NCBI GenBank assembly: GCA_963792415.1
Contig: CAWBVY010000006.1
Span: 512,001 to 576,000, forward strand
Direction of reading: 5' to 3'
DNA: 64,000 nt
DNA from: Candidatus Deferrimicrobiaceae bacterium
GTDB lineage: Bacteria > Desulfobacterota > Deferrimicrobia > Deferrimicrobiales > Deferrimicrobiaceae
Shown piece by piece: positions 52,473 to 61,870 of this stretch. Numbering within the stretch: the first letter of the stretch is position 1; every line of letters starts with the position of its first letter. Made by a program: the position numbers and the translations under genes. Under the pieces are notes generated by a model. That model did no database searches. It was not told where the DNA came from and saw nothing but the letters and a program-made list of their open reading frames with translations.

Positions 52473-53393
52473 TCAGTCTTTGGAATGTGGTTGCCCATGT
52501 AGGTCCTTGCGCACCTTTTTGGCAACGGAATCCAACGATGAAAATATCTCATCCCCCTTTTTCCAGAAATCCCTAATTGATTTAGGATCCAGGTACAACC
52601 GATATTTCTGCAAAATATCTATTTTCGATATAATTTCTGCAATATTTTTAATTATATCCTTACTGAATATTTCGACGAGCGATACCCTGAGACTTAATAT
52701 TTCCGTTTTCAATTCTTTAAGAATCTTCTTTCCTTCGTCAAAATTTGTCGGTTTACTGTTTTTTTCTCTTGTCCAATCCAATATATATCTCTCAATAAGG
52801 TCACAAAATTTCCTGGATATCATATCATTTAATTTTTTCCTGGCGGCTTCATTTGGATCCCTCGAGGTTTCATCTTCTGGCATATTTCGTATTTTCAATA
52901 TCTTTTGGGCAATTTGTCTACTTAACTTCTCTCGAAAATCAACGATGGAATCATATCTTTCTACCAAACCTTGCTTAACGCAATCATCCATAAACTTCAT
53001 TAGTAATCCATATTTTTTTAAGTCAACGCTGCCTGGCACCACTGGTGTCGTTGAAAAATATAGCATCACTGGCTTTTCTGCCTTTTGGAATTCCATAATT
53101 TCTTCTATAGTACGTGATTCTGAAAAACCAGTATCTGCTCCAAGACTCGTCCAAAATGCTCCGATCAAAATGTCGCAATCTTTTGCAATCTGTAAACTTA
53201 ATCCTGTCTTGGAGTGACCTCTCATTTCTTGAATAAAAAGTTCTTCCAAAATAACTGGAAGTAACAGTGCTCTCATCTTCGGAAAATAGGTTCTGTTCCA
53301 TGACGCAATTATCTCTTGAATGATTTTCCGTTCTGCCATTACGTCATTAGGCGATACAATTAAAATACGATAAACGGTGGCTTGAAAAGTCAT
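52473..53393 (-). CDS. DUF4062/NDT-like domain protein, AT-rich
   Basis: ILIVSPNDVMAER, CDILIGAFWT, TIEE, VMLYFS; markedly lower GC than its flanks. Confidence 0.7.
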   Translation of the reverse strand: MTFQATVYRILIVSPNDVMAERKIIQEIIASWNRTYFPKMRALLLPVILEELFIQEMRGHSKTGLSLQIAKDCDILIGAFWTSLGADTGFSESRTIEEIMEFQKAEKPVMLYFSTTPVVPGSVDLKKYGLLMKFMDDCVKQGLVERYDSIVDFREKLSRQIAQKILKIRNMPEDETSRDPNEAARKKLNDMISRKFCDLIERYILDWTREKNSKPTNFDEGKKILKELKTEILSLRVSLVEIFSKDIIKNIAEIISKIDILQKYRLYLDPKSIRDFWKKGDEIFSSLDSVAKKVRKDLHGQPHSKD

Positions 53394-53649
53394 GTGCCTC
53401 CCCCCGCATTTCTCCGAATGCCCCCTGCGATCGAATGAACCCCTTCCTTCTTGACGGTCTTCCTCATTTCATGGTCCCGATAACGTATGTCCTATGTTCC
53501 CGTAGCGTTATATCGGCAAGGAAGACAACAAACTTTATGACGCTTCGCGGGACAATTTCCCCCCCGCCGCAAACAGGGTGGCCCTATCCCCTTGTCACTC
53601 GCCTGAATGTATGGCGGTATATACACACCGCCGGAAGAGGCAGGGGAAG

Positions 53650-53823
53650 ATGGAAGACGAAATCAAGGTGATTGCCAGGATGGACCGGAAGAAAAAAATC
53701 CGGCTGTACCACGTCCTCCTTGACGAGGGGAAAACCTTTTCCGCATGGCTTCGGGATCAGATTGATGCCTACCTCGCGGAGAAGGAACCGAAGGGGAAAC
53801 GGCACAAGGGGAAGAAGGGGTGA
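53650..53823 (+). CDS. Small ribbon-helix-helix-like protein
   Basis: 57 aa, IKVIARM beta-strand, then GKTFSAWLRDQIDAYL. Confidence 0.5.
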   Translation: MEDEIKVIARMDRKKKIRLYHVLLDEGKTFSAWLRDQIDAYLAEKEPKGKRHKGKKG

Positions 53824-53826
53824 GGG

Positions 53827-54048
53827 TTGGACCGGAAAATCCGATATTGGATAGTGGTTTGGATGGTGTTGTTGTGTGCGGGGTGCGCACACTCAAAGGA
53901 CCAGATAACGAAGGATGCCGAGTCCAAAGAGATGTATATGAAGGATGTAGATTCCTGCACCCGGAAGTCGAGAAGGACAGGGGTCTGGGCCAAATTGTTC
54001 AAGCCTCCCTCATACCATGAATGTATGAGCGAACGTGGGTGGAAATAA
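53827..54048 (+). CDS. Small lipoprotein
   Basis: LLCAGC lipobox; C...CMxxRGW C-terminus. Confidence 0.6.
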   Translation: MDRKIRYWIVVWMVLLCAGCAHSKDQITKDAESKEMYMKDVDSCTRKSRRTGVWAKLFKPPSYHECMSERGWK

Positions 54049-54078
54049 CCGCCAAGAAGGCCAGGTGCGAACAGAATG

Positions 54079-54165
54079 AAAAAGGGGTCAGGCCGGTAAG
54101 CCTAACCCCTTGAATCGTCTGGTGGAGCTGATCGGGATCGAACCGACGGCCTCCTGAATGCCATT
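54079..54165 (-). repeat. att-site duplication: 3' half of tRNA-Ala plus terminator (distal copy)
   Basis: Near-identical to 56807-56893; ends just past the anticodon loop. Confidence 0.9.
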
Positions 54166-54282
54166 GCGTCATAATAGACGGAACCACAATAACTTCAATG
54201 GGTTGTGGGATGCAGAATGCGGCAATCCGCACCCTTCTGAAGGCAACACTGGCAACGGAATGGCAACTGGAACCTGAAGCCA

Positions 54283-54357
54283 TGTACGTCGTCAGAAGGA
54301 ATGGCAATTATCAGGGCCTGTGTTAAGGTACGGTTTTTCCCCGTCCGGTCCCCGCGG
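54283..54357 (-). mobile_element. Isolated IS right end (second copy)
   Basis: 54284-54357 matches 55528-55601 with 2 mismatches and ends in TGT/ACA. Confidence 0.75.
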
Positions 54358-54424
54358 GAGAGGCCGCTGTGGACCTCGAAGAACACCTGCATCCCCTTTT
54401 CCGTCATCCGGAAGATCTCCGGGG

Positions 54425-54955
54425 TCACAGGTTCTTCTTCTCGAACCAGAAAAACAGGCCGGCGACCGCCGCCCAGAAGAAGGGGGCGATCACCCACGGT
54501 GAAACGCCCAGCGCCTCCGGCAGTCCGATCCTGCCGTAATCCTTCCACGCGAGGACCGTCGACTTGAAGAAGGGGTAGAGCTCGGCGTAGACGGCGGCCC
54601 CCGTCACCATCCCCGCGATGGCGAACAGCGCATGCCAGCGTCCTTCCCCGACAGCGCCCACCGACGTTCCGGGGCAGAAACCCATCACCGCCCACCCGGC
54701 TCCGAAGAGCGCCCCCCCGATCACCACCGCACCCACGTTCATCGGTTTGTGGCCCAGCTTGATGATCCCCGCGTCGGAAAGGAGCAGGATCCCGACCATA
54801 CCCACCAGGATCGACGATAACATGAACTTGAGGATCGTCATGTCCTTCAGCAGCAGCGCGCCCAGCTGCTTTTCGTAGCGCAGCACGCGCCCCTTCTGCA
54901 ACAGGAACCCGAAGATCACCCCGGTGATGAGTCCCAGCGCCTGATCGACGGTCAT
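54425..54955 (-). CDS. YeeE/YedE family sulfur transporter subunit
   Basis: FGFLLQK, GGALFGAGWAVMGFCPGT. Confidence 0.9.
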   Translation of the reverse strand: MTVDQALGLITGVIFGFLLQKGRVLRYEKQLGALLLKDMTILKFMLSSILVGMVGILLLSDAGIIKLGHKPMNVGAVVIGGALFGAGWAVMGFCPGTSVGAVGEGRWHALFAIAGMVTGAAVYAELYPFFKSTVLAWKDYGRIGLPEALGVSPWVIAPFFWAAVAGLFFWFEKKNL

Positions 54956-55494
54956 GACGGCCTCCTACTGTAGACCAGCCGGGCGACCACGACGCCCGCG
55001 CCGAAGAACATGACAAGCGCCACGAACGCGCTCACCGAAAGCTGCATCATCCCGCTCAGGCCGTGCCCGCTGGGACAGCCGTCCGCCATGCGGGCCCCCA
55101 CCATGGCGACGATCCCGCCCAGGAACGCGGCGGCCGCCCGTTTCCCGACGGATGGGCCGAACCGTTCCTCCCAAGTCGGGGGCACGCCCTCCGACTTGAA
55201 GCTGTTGTCCATCCTAGAGGAGATCAGCGCGCCGAGGAAAATGCCGAGGACCAGCATGAACTGCCAGTCCACGCGGACCTTTTCCTTGGTGAAATACTCG
55301 CTTTCCGCCACGTGCTCCGGGGCGACCGTCCGCTCGAGAAGCCCCGCGGCCCGGACGAACGTGGTCGACGCGCCCAGGTAGGTCGTTTTCCCCAGAAGCT
55401 GCGTGGTCGCGATCACGGAAGCGATGGCTAGCAATCCCAGCAGCGCTCCCGCTACGTAAGGGTTCCATCCCCCGTCACCGGATTTCCGTTCCAT
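54952..55494 (-). CDS. YeeE/YedE family sulfur transporter subunit
   Basis: WNPYVAG, LGASTTF, GARMADGCPSGHG. Confidence 0.9.
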   Translation of the reverse strand: MERKSGDGGWNPYVAGALLGLLAIASVIATTQLLGKTTYLGASTTFVRAAGLLERTVAPEHVAESEYFTKEKVRVDWQFMLVLGIFLGALISSRMDNSFKSEGVPPTWEERFGPSVGKRAAAAFLGGIVAMVGARMADGCPSGHGLSGMMQLSVSAFVALVMFFGAGVVVARLVYSRRPS

Positions 55495-55527
55495 CGTTGC
55501 CCCCTTTCCCTCGCAGGCTGTGGCCTC

Positions 55528-56195
55528 GTACGTCGTCAGAAGGAATGGCAATTATCAGGGCCTGAGTTAAGGTACGGTTTTTCCCCGTCCGGTCCCTGCG
55601 GTTGATGGTTGGTCACCCTGCACCGGGATAGGGTTTCTCGCTTTAGTTTCTCCCGACGCGTCGGAATCGACTCCCTCCTTCCATCCATATTACACATCAT
55701 CCTGCGTCACGTTGCCAATCGCTTCGTGATATCGCTGTCCGCTGTAGAAGAAGGTGAACCGGCCGATCTCCTCCTCCAGTTCCGCCGGCGTTTCCCACGT
55801 AAAGAGGTTCACCCGCTCCTTGCAGGAGCGGTGATACCGCTCGATCTTGCCGTTGGTCTGCGGGTGGAACGGCGAGGCGAAGATGCGCCCGATCCCCTTG
55901 GCCTCGAAGTAATCGCCGAAGGGCTTCGAGATCCGCGCCGCGCCGTTGTCCGACAGAAGCTTCGCACGGTTTTCGACGGGAACCTCGTGCATCCCCGTCG
56001 CCTCGCACGCCAGCTCCACCACCTCGCTGAACGCGCCCGCATCCATGGCACTCTGAAGCTTCCACGCCAGGGTCTTCCGGCTGAAGTCGTCCAGGATCGA
56101 GATCAGGTAGTACCAGCCCCAGCTCTTCACCAGCAGGTACGTCGCGTCCGTCTGCCACATCTGATCGGGCCGCTTCGTCTTCACGCGATATTCCG
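55528..56195 (-). mobile_element. Truncated IS481/IS3-like element (DDE rve core pseudogene plus right end)
   Basis: [29 protein letters not shown]. After a premature stop and frameshift it continues as RREKLKRETL...DNCHSF* into the terminal repeat. N-terminus absent. Confidence 0.85.
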
Positions 56196-56214
56196 GGGGG
56201 GGATGCCGGGAACC

Positions 56215-56628
56215 GCCGCGGCGGCGCTCAAGGCGGGGAAACCGATGCCGGAGCTGGTCTTCCCTTCCACCACCTGGACAGCCCTTGACCCCTCGCACAT
56301 CCAGAGGGATTTCCACTTCGTGCTGAAGAAGGCGGAGATGCGAAGGATTCCGTTCCACGACACGCGGCATCCCTTTGCCTCCCTGCTGCTGCGGAAGGGT
56401 GAGAGCCCGGTCTATGTGCCGCACCAGCTGGGACACCACGACATCTCGATGACGGTGGGGACCTGCGGCCACCTGATCCCGGGTGACAACCGGCAGGCCG
56501 TCAACCGGCTCGCCGATGCCGACTGGCGGGGGAAAAAGGTTACCGGAAAGGCAGTTCAGACCCGGACTGGTAACAGATTGGCAACTGGGCAAGAAAAAGG
56601 GGTCAGGCTGGTAAGCCTAACCCCTTGA
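56215..56628 (+). pseudogene. Tyrosine integrase C-terminal fragment
   Basis: [19 protein letters not shown] (expected catalytic Tyr is Cys); N-terminus missing; abuts the att copy. Confidence 0.85.
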
Positions 56629-56677
56629 ATCGTTTGGTGGAGCTGATCGGGATCGAACCGACGGCCTCCTGAATGCC
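56594..56677 (-). repeat. att-site duplication: 3' part of tRNA-Ala plus terminator (middle copy)
   Basis: Near-identical to 56807-56890. Confidence 0.9.
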
Positions 56678-56807
56678 CGAAACCGCAACGACCGAAAGAC
56701 TCTACGCGAACCTCACCCCCGGCGCGGCGCGTGAATTGCCGAACGTCATAGAGCAGTTTGTAAGGAATGAGGGGGCACGGAATGCGAACGGGATGCGAAC
56801 AGAGTAA
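56676..56807 (+). pseudogene. Second integrase remnant (extreme C-terminus only)
   Basis: PETATTERLYANLTPG... resembles the TTxxYxH catalytic-Tyr region of tyrosine integrases; lies between two att copies. Confidence 0.5.
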
Positions 56808-56847
56808 AAAAGGGGTCAGGCTGGTAAGCCTAACCCCTTGAATCGTC

Positions 56848-56923
56848 TGGTGGAGCTGATCGGGATCGAACCGACGGCCTCCTGAATGCCATTCAGGCGC
56901 TCTCCCAGCTGAGCTACAGCCCC
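56848..56923 (-). tRNA. tRNA-Ala (GGC)
   Basis: GGGGCTGTAGCTCAG...ATGGCAT...GGTTCGATCC...CTCCACCA cloverleaf. Confidence 0.95.
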
Positions 56924-56989
56924 ACGTTATGTAACGACGAAGATTACCCCATCATGCCGCGAAATGCAATGGCGATCACTTTTTCGTGA

Positions 56990-57598
56990 TCACTTTTTCG
57001 AGAGGAGGTACACCGCGGACTCGGCGAACAGGTTGGGGCCGAACCCGCGCAGCACCCTCCCCCCGCGGTCGTTGGAGAGGTAGACCCGCTGCTCCACCCG
57101 CAGGGAGTACTTCCGGCAATACTCCTCGAAATCCGTCACCGTGCAGAAGTGGATGTTCGGCGTGTCGTACCACTCGTAGGGGAGATACTCCGTCTTCGGC
57201 ATCCGGCCGCGCAGCAGCAGGTACGACCGCATCTTCCAGTGGGCGAAGTTGGGGAACCCGACCACCGCCTTCTCGCCCACCCGCAGCATCTCCGAGAGGA
57301 CGACGTGGGGCTTCTTCACCGCCTGGAGCGTCTGGTTGAGGATGATGTAGTCGAACGACCGGTCGGGGTAATCCTTCAACCCGTGGTCGATGTCTTCCTG
57401 CAGGACCGCGAGCCCCCTGGCGATGCACTCCCGGATCCCCTCGTCCGAGATCTCGATGCCGCTGCCGCGGACATCCTTCGTTCGCACCATCTTCTCGAGG
57501 AGGGACCCGTCGCCGCACCCGAGGTCGAGCACCTTCGCGCCGCGGGGGACGATGTCGAGGATGATGTCGTGGTCGATCCTTGTCCCTGCCGGGCTCAA
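56990..57598 (-). CDS. metW: Methionine biosynthesis protein MetW
   Basis: VLDLGCGDG, ILNQTLQ, FPNFAHW, LPYEWYDTPNIH. Confidence 0.92.
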   Translation of the reverse strand: MSPAGTRIDHDIILDIVPRGAKVLDLGCGDGSLLEKMVRTKDVRGSGIEISDEGIRECIARGLAVLQEDIDHGLKDYPDRSFDYIILNQTLQAVKKPHVVLSEMLRVGEKAVVGFPNFAHWKMRSYLLLRGRMPKTEYLPYEWYDTPNIHFCTVTDFEEYCRKYSLRVEQRVYLSNDRGGRVLRGFGPNLFAESAVYLLSKK

Positions 57599-57660
57599 CG
57601 GGGTGACGCTCCTGTTCCGCGGGTGTGGGGAGGCATTGTAGGCGCCCGGCGAAGGCCGTG

Positions 57661-58377
57661 TCAAACCGCCGCGCCGCAGTGCGGCAGGCGCAACGCCAGC
57701 TCGGCGAGGTTGTGGAGAATGCGCGCCGTCGCCCCCCAGATCGTGAAGCGGTCGTAGTCGAGGAAGTACACCATGTACGGCTTCCCGAGGAAGGTCGTAC
57801 AGGCGGCGCGGTACCGGGAGAGGTCGGTGAACGCCGACAACGGGGCGTCGAACGTCTCCGCCACCTCGAACCCGTCCAGGTGAAACCGGGCGTCCCACGG
57901 GATCCGGGCGACGAACGGCTGGATGCAGAACCCGGTGACCGTCGGGACCCGCTCCATCGCCCCCAGCAACTCCACGTCCCCCCCCCGGATTCCCAGCTCC
58001 TCCTCCGCCTCGCGCAGAGCGGTGCCGAGGAGGTCCCGGTCGCCCGGGTCGCGGCTTCCGCCGGGAAAGCAGATCTGCCCCTTGTGGTGGGGGACGCGCT
58101 CGGTCCGGCGGGAGAGCGTCACCGTGATCTCCCCGCCGGCATCCCGCAACGGGACCAGAACCCCCGCGGAGCGCAGCCCCGGGGCCGCCGGCTCGGTGGT
58201 CGCAACCGGGGAAAGCGCCCCCCGGAGCGCGCCGAAGAACCGGTCCGTCGACTCCACGGCGCCGCTCGATCCCCCAAGATGCATCAATGCGCGTTCCTTC
58301 ACCGGAGCCTTCCCTTCCCTATTGGGATTCCGACGGCAGGCCGCGGGTTCCGGCCCGCGGTCCATTTCTCCGCTCAT
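57661..58377 (-). CDS. Nudix hydrolase (CoA pyrophosphatase NudL-like); start uncertain
   Basis: HKGQICFPGG, ALREAEEELG, IWGATA. Confidence 0.88.
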   Translation of the reverse strand: MSGEMDRGPEPAACRRNPNREGKAPVKERALMHLGGSSGAVESTDRFFGALRGALSPVATTEPAAPGLRSAGVLVPLRDAGGEITVTLSRRTERVPHHKGQICFPGGSRDPGDRDLLGTALREAEEELGIRGGDVELLGAMERVPTVTGFCIQPFVARIPWDARFHLDGFEVAETFDAPLSAFTDLSRYRAACTTFLGKPYMVYFLDYDRFTIWGATARILHNLAELALRLPHCGAAV

Positions 58378-60401
58378 TCCCCCCCGGGATCGAGCACGGC
58401 GAGGAGCTGCCCCTCTTCGACCCGGTCGTTCACTTTGACGCACAGTTCGCGGATGACGCCCGCCAGCGGGGACTTCACCGCGTTCTCGGTCTTCATCACC
58501 TCGATGTTCATGATCTCCTCCCCCTTCCGGAGGCGGTCCCCTTCCTTCAGCGTCCGGTCCTTCGTCCCGATCCGCCACACGGTCCCGGTGACGGTCGCGC
58601 CGACCTCCCCCTTGTTCCCGGGGGACGCCTTCCGGACCGTCTTGCGCGCCGCCGCGGCCTCGGGCAGCTCCACGGGGAAGACGTGCATGATGTTGTCCAC
58701 GGAAAGCACCACTTGTTTTACGCCCCCAACCCCCTCGCCGATGGAGACCAGCCGGATGGCGTGCGGCTTCTTGCCGATCGTGATCATCACCTCGTCCCCG
58801 GGCCGGCGAAGGCCGTGGAACCAGACGTTGGTCGGCAGCACCGTGGTGTCGCCGTACCGGGCGCGGAACTTGAGGAAATCGGTCGCCGCCTTCGGGTGCA
58901 TCAGGTAGAGGACGAATTCCTCCTGCGTGACGGAGCGGCCCATCTCGGCTTCCATCGCCGCCCGCGCTTTTTCCAGGTCCTCGTCCGGAAGCGCAGACAG
59001 CGGGGAGGAGGGGACCCGCTCCGCCTCGACCTTCTCGGCCCACCCTTCCCCGAAGGCGCTCCGGTAGACCCAGTCCTTCGGCCACCCGAACGGGAGGGGG
59101 CCGTACTTCCCGAGCAGGAGGTTTTTGAGATCGTCGGTGGCCACCGTGTAGAGCCGCAGCAGCACGTTCTGATCGGCGTGGGCAAGCGCCTCGAGACGTT
59201 CCCCCGCCTCGAAGTACCGGTCGAGGACGCTGAACAGCCGCTTGACGCTGTGCTCCCCGCCCTCCTTGTGGTACCGCTGCAGGATCGCCGCCCACGTCGT
59301 CCACGTGATCTGCGACCCCGGGGTCACGTCGAAATACTTGATGATCCGGTTCCCGTACGACATCCCCTTCAGGACGTGCGGCATGAGATCGAGGAACCCC
59401 CCCTTCTCCGCCTGCTCGAAGGAGGAGGGGAAGGCGCCGCCCGGCATCCGGTGGGCAGTGACGTCGTTGGAGAACCCCTTGAACTGCGATTCGAACCGAT
59501 CGTAGTTCCGGATGAAGCCGCGGACCGCGTCGGACGCCTCGTCGGCCCGCGCCATGTCGAACCGGACCTCGTGCCCCAGCTCCCGCAGGTACCGCACCAG
59601 CGGACGCACCGGCGGGTGCCCGTAGAACCGGGAAAAGGCGTCGTCGGTCACGTCGAAGAGCTTCGCCCCCGCCTCCGCGGCCGCGGCCATGGCCGGCATC
59701 ACCAGGCCGTCCGTGGAGTGCCGGTGGTACAGGATGATGAGCCCCGGGTACTTCTGGAGAAACGCGTCCACGAGGCGCCGGATCCGGGCCGGGCTGCCCA
59801 CCCCGGCCATGTCCTTGATCACCAGGATGATGTCCTTCGTTCCGCCGCACAGGGAGACGATCTCCTTGAGCACCCGGAGGTAGTAGGCGTCCGTCGTCTC
59901 GGGGGATTCGGTGAAGGAGATGGCCGGCGAGAAGATCTTCCCCCCCCGCAGGACCTCCTCGGCCACCGGCGCCATGTTCGGGACGTAGTTCAGGAAGTCG
60001 AAGCACCGCCACACGTCGATCGTGGGGAGGAACGACTCGACCGCCAGCCGCACGGTGTTCCTGGAGTACATCCGGTACCCCCAGAGGTTCGTGCCGCGAA
60101 CGAGCGTCTGGGTGAGGACGTTCGGCATGAGCGACGCGAAGAGGCGCGCCTCCTCGAAGGGGTCGATCATGTTGTTCATCATGTTCTGGTGCAGGCGGGC
60201 GCCGCCGTGGGAGTCGATGGCGAAGTATCCCGAGGCGTCGTAGATCCGGAGCAGGCGGGACATGTCGTGGAGCGTGAACCGGTTCTTGAAGTCGCTCTGG
60301 CCGGTGTCGCGCGGACCGGTCCCGACGAGCCAGATCGCCTTCCCGTCCCGGATGGTCTTGAGGACCTTCCGGTACCCCTTCTTCTTCAGGCTGCCCGGCA
60401 T
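58374..60401 (-). CDS. Pyruvate carboxylase carboxyltransferase/biotin-carrier subunit
   Basis: RDTGQSD, IKDMAG, HRHST, PGG, DVTPGSQ, EVMKTE biotinylation site. Confidence 0.88.
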   Translation of the reverse strand: MPGSLKKKGYRKVLKTIRDGKAIWLVGTGPRDTGQSDFKNRFTLHDMSRLLRIYDASGYFAIDSHGGARLHQNMMNNMIDPFEEARLFASLMPNVLTQTLVRGTNLWGYRMYSRNTVRLAVESFLPTIDVWRCFDFLNYVPNMAPVAEEVLRGGKIFSPAISFTESPETTDAYYLRVLKEIVSLCGGTKDIILVIKDMAGVGSPARIRRLVDAFLQKYPGLIILYHRHSTDGLVMPAMAAAAEAGAKLFDVTDDAFSRFYGHPPVRPLVRYLRELGHEVRFDMARADEASDAVRGFIRNYDRFESQFKGFSNDVTAHRMPGGAFPSSFEQAEKGGFLDLMPHVLKGMSYGNRIIKYFDVTPGSQITWTTWAAILQRYHKEGGEHSVKRLFSVLDRYFEAGERLEALAHADQNVLLRLYTVATDDLKNLLLGKYGPLPFGWPKDWVYRSAFGEGWAEKVEAERVPSSPLSALPDEDLEKARAAMEAEMGRSVTQEEFVLYLMHPKAATDFLKFRARYGDTTVLPTNVWFHGLRRPGDEVMITIGKKPHAIRLVSIGEGVGGVKQVVLSVDNIMHVFPVELPEAAAARKTVRKASPGNKGEVGATVTGTVWRIGTKDRTLKEGDRLRKGEEIMNIEVMKTENAVKSPLAGVIRELCVKVNDRVEEGQLLAVLDPGGE

Positions 60402-60420
60402 CCCTGGAGAATCCTCCCCC

Positions 60421-61860
60421 TTACCCGCTGTGGATGTTGCGGCCCAGGCCGGAGACCTCGGCGACGAACCCCGCCACCTTGAAGATCTCCTCCTCGGAAT
60501 CCACATATTCGGTCAGCCCGGCGATGTTCTCCTCGATGAACCCGGTGTCGATCCTTCCCGCCACGAAATCCGGGTTGTCCATGATCCGCCGAAGGAGCGG
60601 GATCGTCGTGCGAACGCCCCAGATGTCGTATTCCCGCAAGGCGCGCCGCATCCGCTGGATCGCCGTCTCCCGGTCCTTCCCGACCGAGCAGATCTTCGAC
60701 AGCAGGGAGTCGTAGAACGGGGGGACCTCCCACCCCTGGTAGATCCCGGACTCGGTGCGGACGAAGGGGCCGCTGATCTGGCGCAGGAAGGCGATCCTCC
60801 CGAAAGCGGGGGCGAAGTTGTTCTTGGGGTCCTCCGCGTTGATCCGGCACTGGATCGCGTGGCCGCGCAGCAGCACGTCCCCCTGCCGCAGGGAGAGCCG
60901 CTCGCCGGCCGAGATCTTGTACATCTTCCGGATGATGTCGAAGCCGCTGATCATCTCGGTGACCGTGTGTTCCACCTGGATCCGCGTGTTCACCTCGAGG
61001 GCGTAGAACTTCCCTTCCCGGTCCACGAGGAATTCCAGCGTCCCCGCCGTCTCGTACCCGATGTCCTTCATCGCCTTGACGACCACCGCCCCCATCTTCG
61101 CCCGGACCTCGGGGGTCAGCAGGGAGCTCGGCGCCTCCTCCACCAGCTTCTGGTGCCGCCGCTGGATGGAGCATTCGCGCTCGCCGAGGTGGATGACGTT
61201 GCCGAACCGGTCCGCGAGGAACTGGAATTCGATGTGGCGGCCGCCCTCGATGAACTTCTCGACGAAGACCGTCCCCACCCCGAACGCCTTCTCCGCGACG
61301 GAGCGCGCCGAGGCGAGGCTTTCCTCGACCTCGTCGGCGGAGTAGACCTTCTGCATCCCCTTCCCGCCCCCGCCGGCGGACGCCTTGATGAGGATCGGCC
61401 ACCCCACCCGGTCGCCGAACGCGATCACCTTCCGGGGATCGTCCACGTCCTCGAGGGCGGGGGTCACCGGCACGCCGGAGGCCGAGAGCGCCTTGCGCGC
61501 CGCGATCTTGTCTCCCAGGATCCGCATGACGCGGCCGGACGGCCCGATGAAGACCAGCCCCTCCCGCTCCACCGCCTCCGCGAAGTCGGGGTTCTCCGCG
61601 AGAAACCCGTACCCCGGGAAGACCGCGTCGCAGCCGGAGTCCTTCGCCGCGCGCAGGACCGCGTCGATGTCGAGGTAGCTCATCGAGGCGGGGGACGGTC
61701 CCAGCCGCACCGCCTCGTCGGCGAGCTTCACGTGCAGGGACAGGGCGTCGCAGTCGGAGTACCCCACCACGACGGGGATCCCCAGCTCCCGCGCCGGCCG
61801 GATCGCCCGGCAGGCGATCTCCCCCCGGTTCGCGACGAAGATTTTGCGGAAGACGCCCAC
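60421..61860 (-). CDS. Biotin carboxylase subunit
   Basis: [41 protein letters not shown]. Confidence 0.93.
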   Translation of the reverse strand: MGVFRKIFVANRGEIACRAIRPARELGIPVVVGYSDCDALSLHVKLADEAVRLGPSPASMSYLDIDAVLRAAKDSGCDAVFPGYGFLAENPDFAEAVEREGLVFIGPSGRVMRILGDKIAARKALSASGVPVTPALEDVDDPRKVIAFGDRVGWPILIKASAGGGGKGMQKVYSADEVEESLASARSVAEKAFGVGTVFVEKFIEGGRHIEFQFLADRFGNVIHLGERECSIQRRHQKLVEEAPSSLLTPEVRAKMGAVVVKAMKDIGYETAGTLEFLVDREGKFYALEVNTRIQVEHTVTEMISGFDIIRKMYKISAGERLSLRQGDVLLRGHAIQCRINAEDPKNNFAPAFGRIAFLRQISGPFVRTESGIYQGWEVPPFYDSLLSKICSVGKDRETAIQRMRRALREYDIWGVRTTIPLLRRIMDNPDFVAGRIDTGFIEENIAGLTEYVDSEEEIFKVAGFVAEVSGLGRNIHSG

Positions 61861-61870
61861 GGGCCCGGAC

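Noticed and set aside
54425-55494. Selenocysteine in the YeeE/YedE proteins
   Set aside because: Both conserved Cys positions (GCPSG, FCPGT) are ordinary Cys codons with no in-frame TGA
54284-55601. The 74-bp direct repeats as integron attC, dif-like sites or a riboswitch
   Set aside because: No RYYYAAC/GTTRRRY hairpin, XerC/D consensus or recognisable aptamer. The transposase frame runs into the repeat, so it is better explained as an IS end.
54120-56677. The two extra tRNA-Ala-like sequences as functional tRNAs
   Set aside because: They lack the 5' acceptor strand and D-arm, so they are att-site duplications
58374-61860. Two-subunit pyruvate carboxylase with a divergent RDTGQSD motif as a novel enzyme
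   Set aside because: Two-subunit pyruvate carboxylases are well known, and the catalytic and biotinylation motifs are retained
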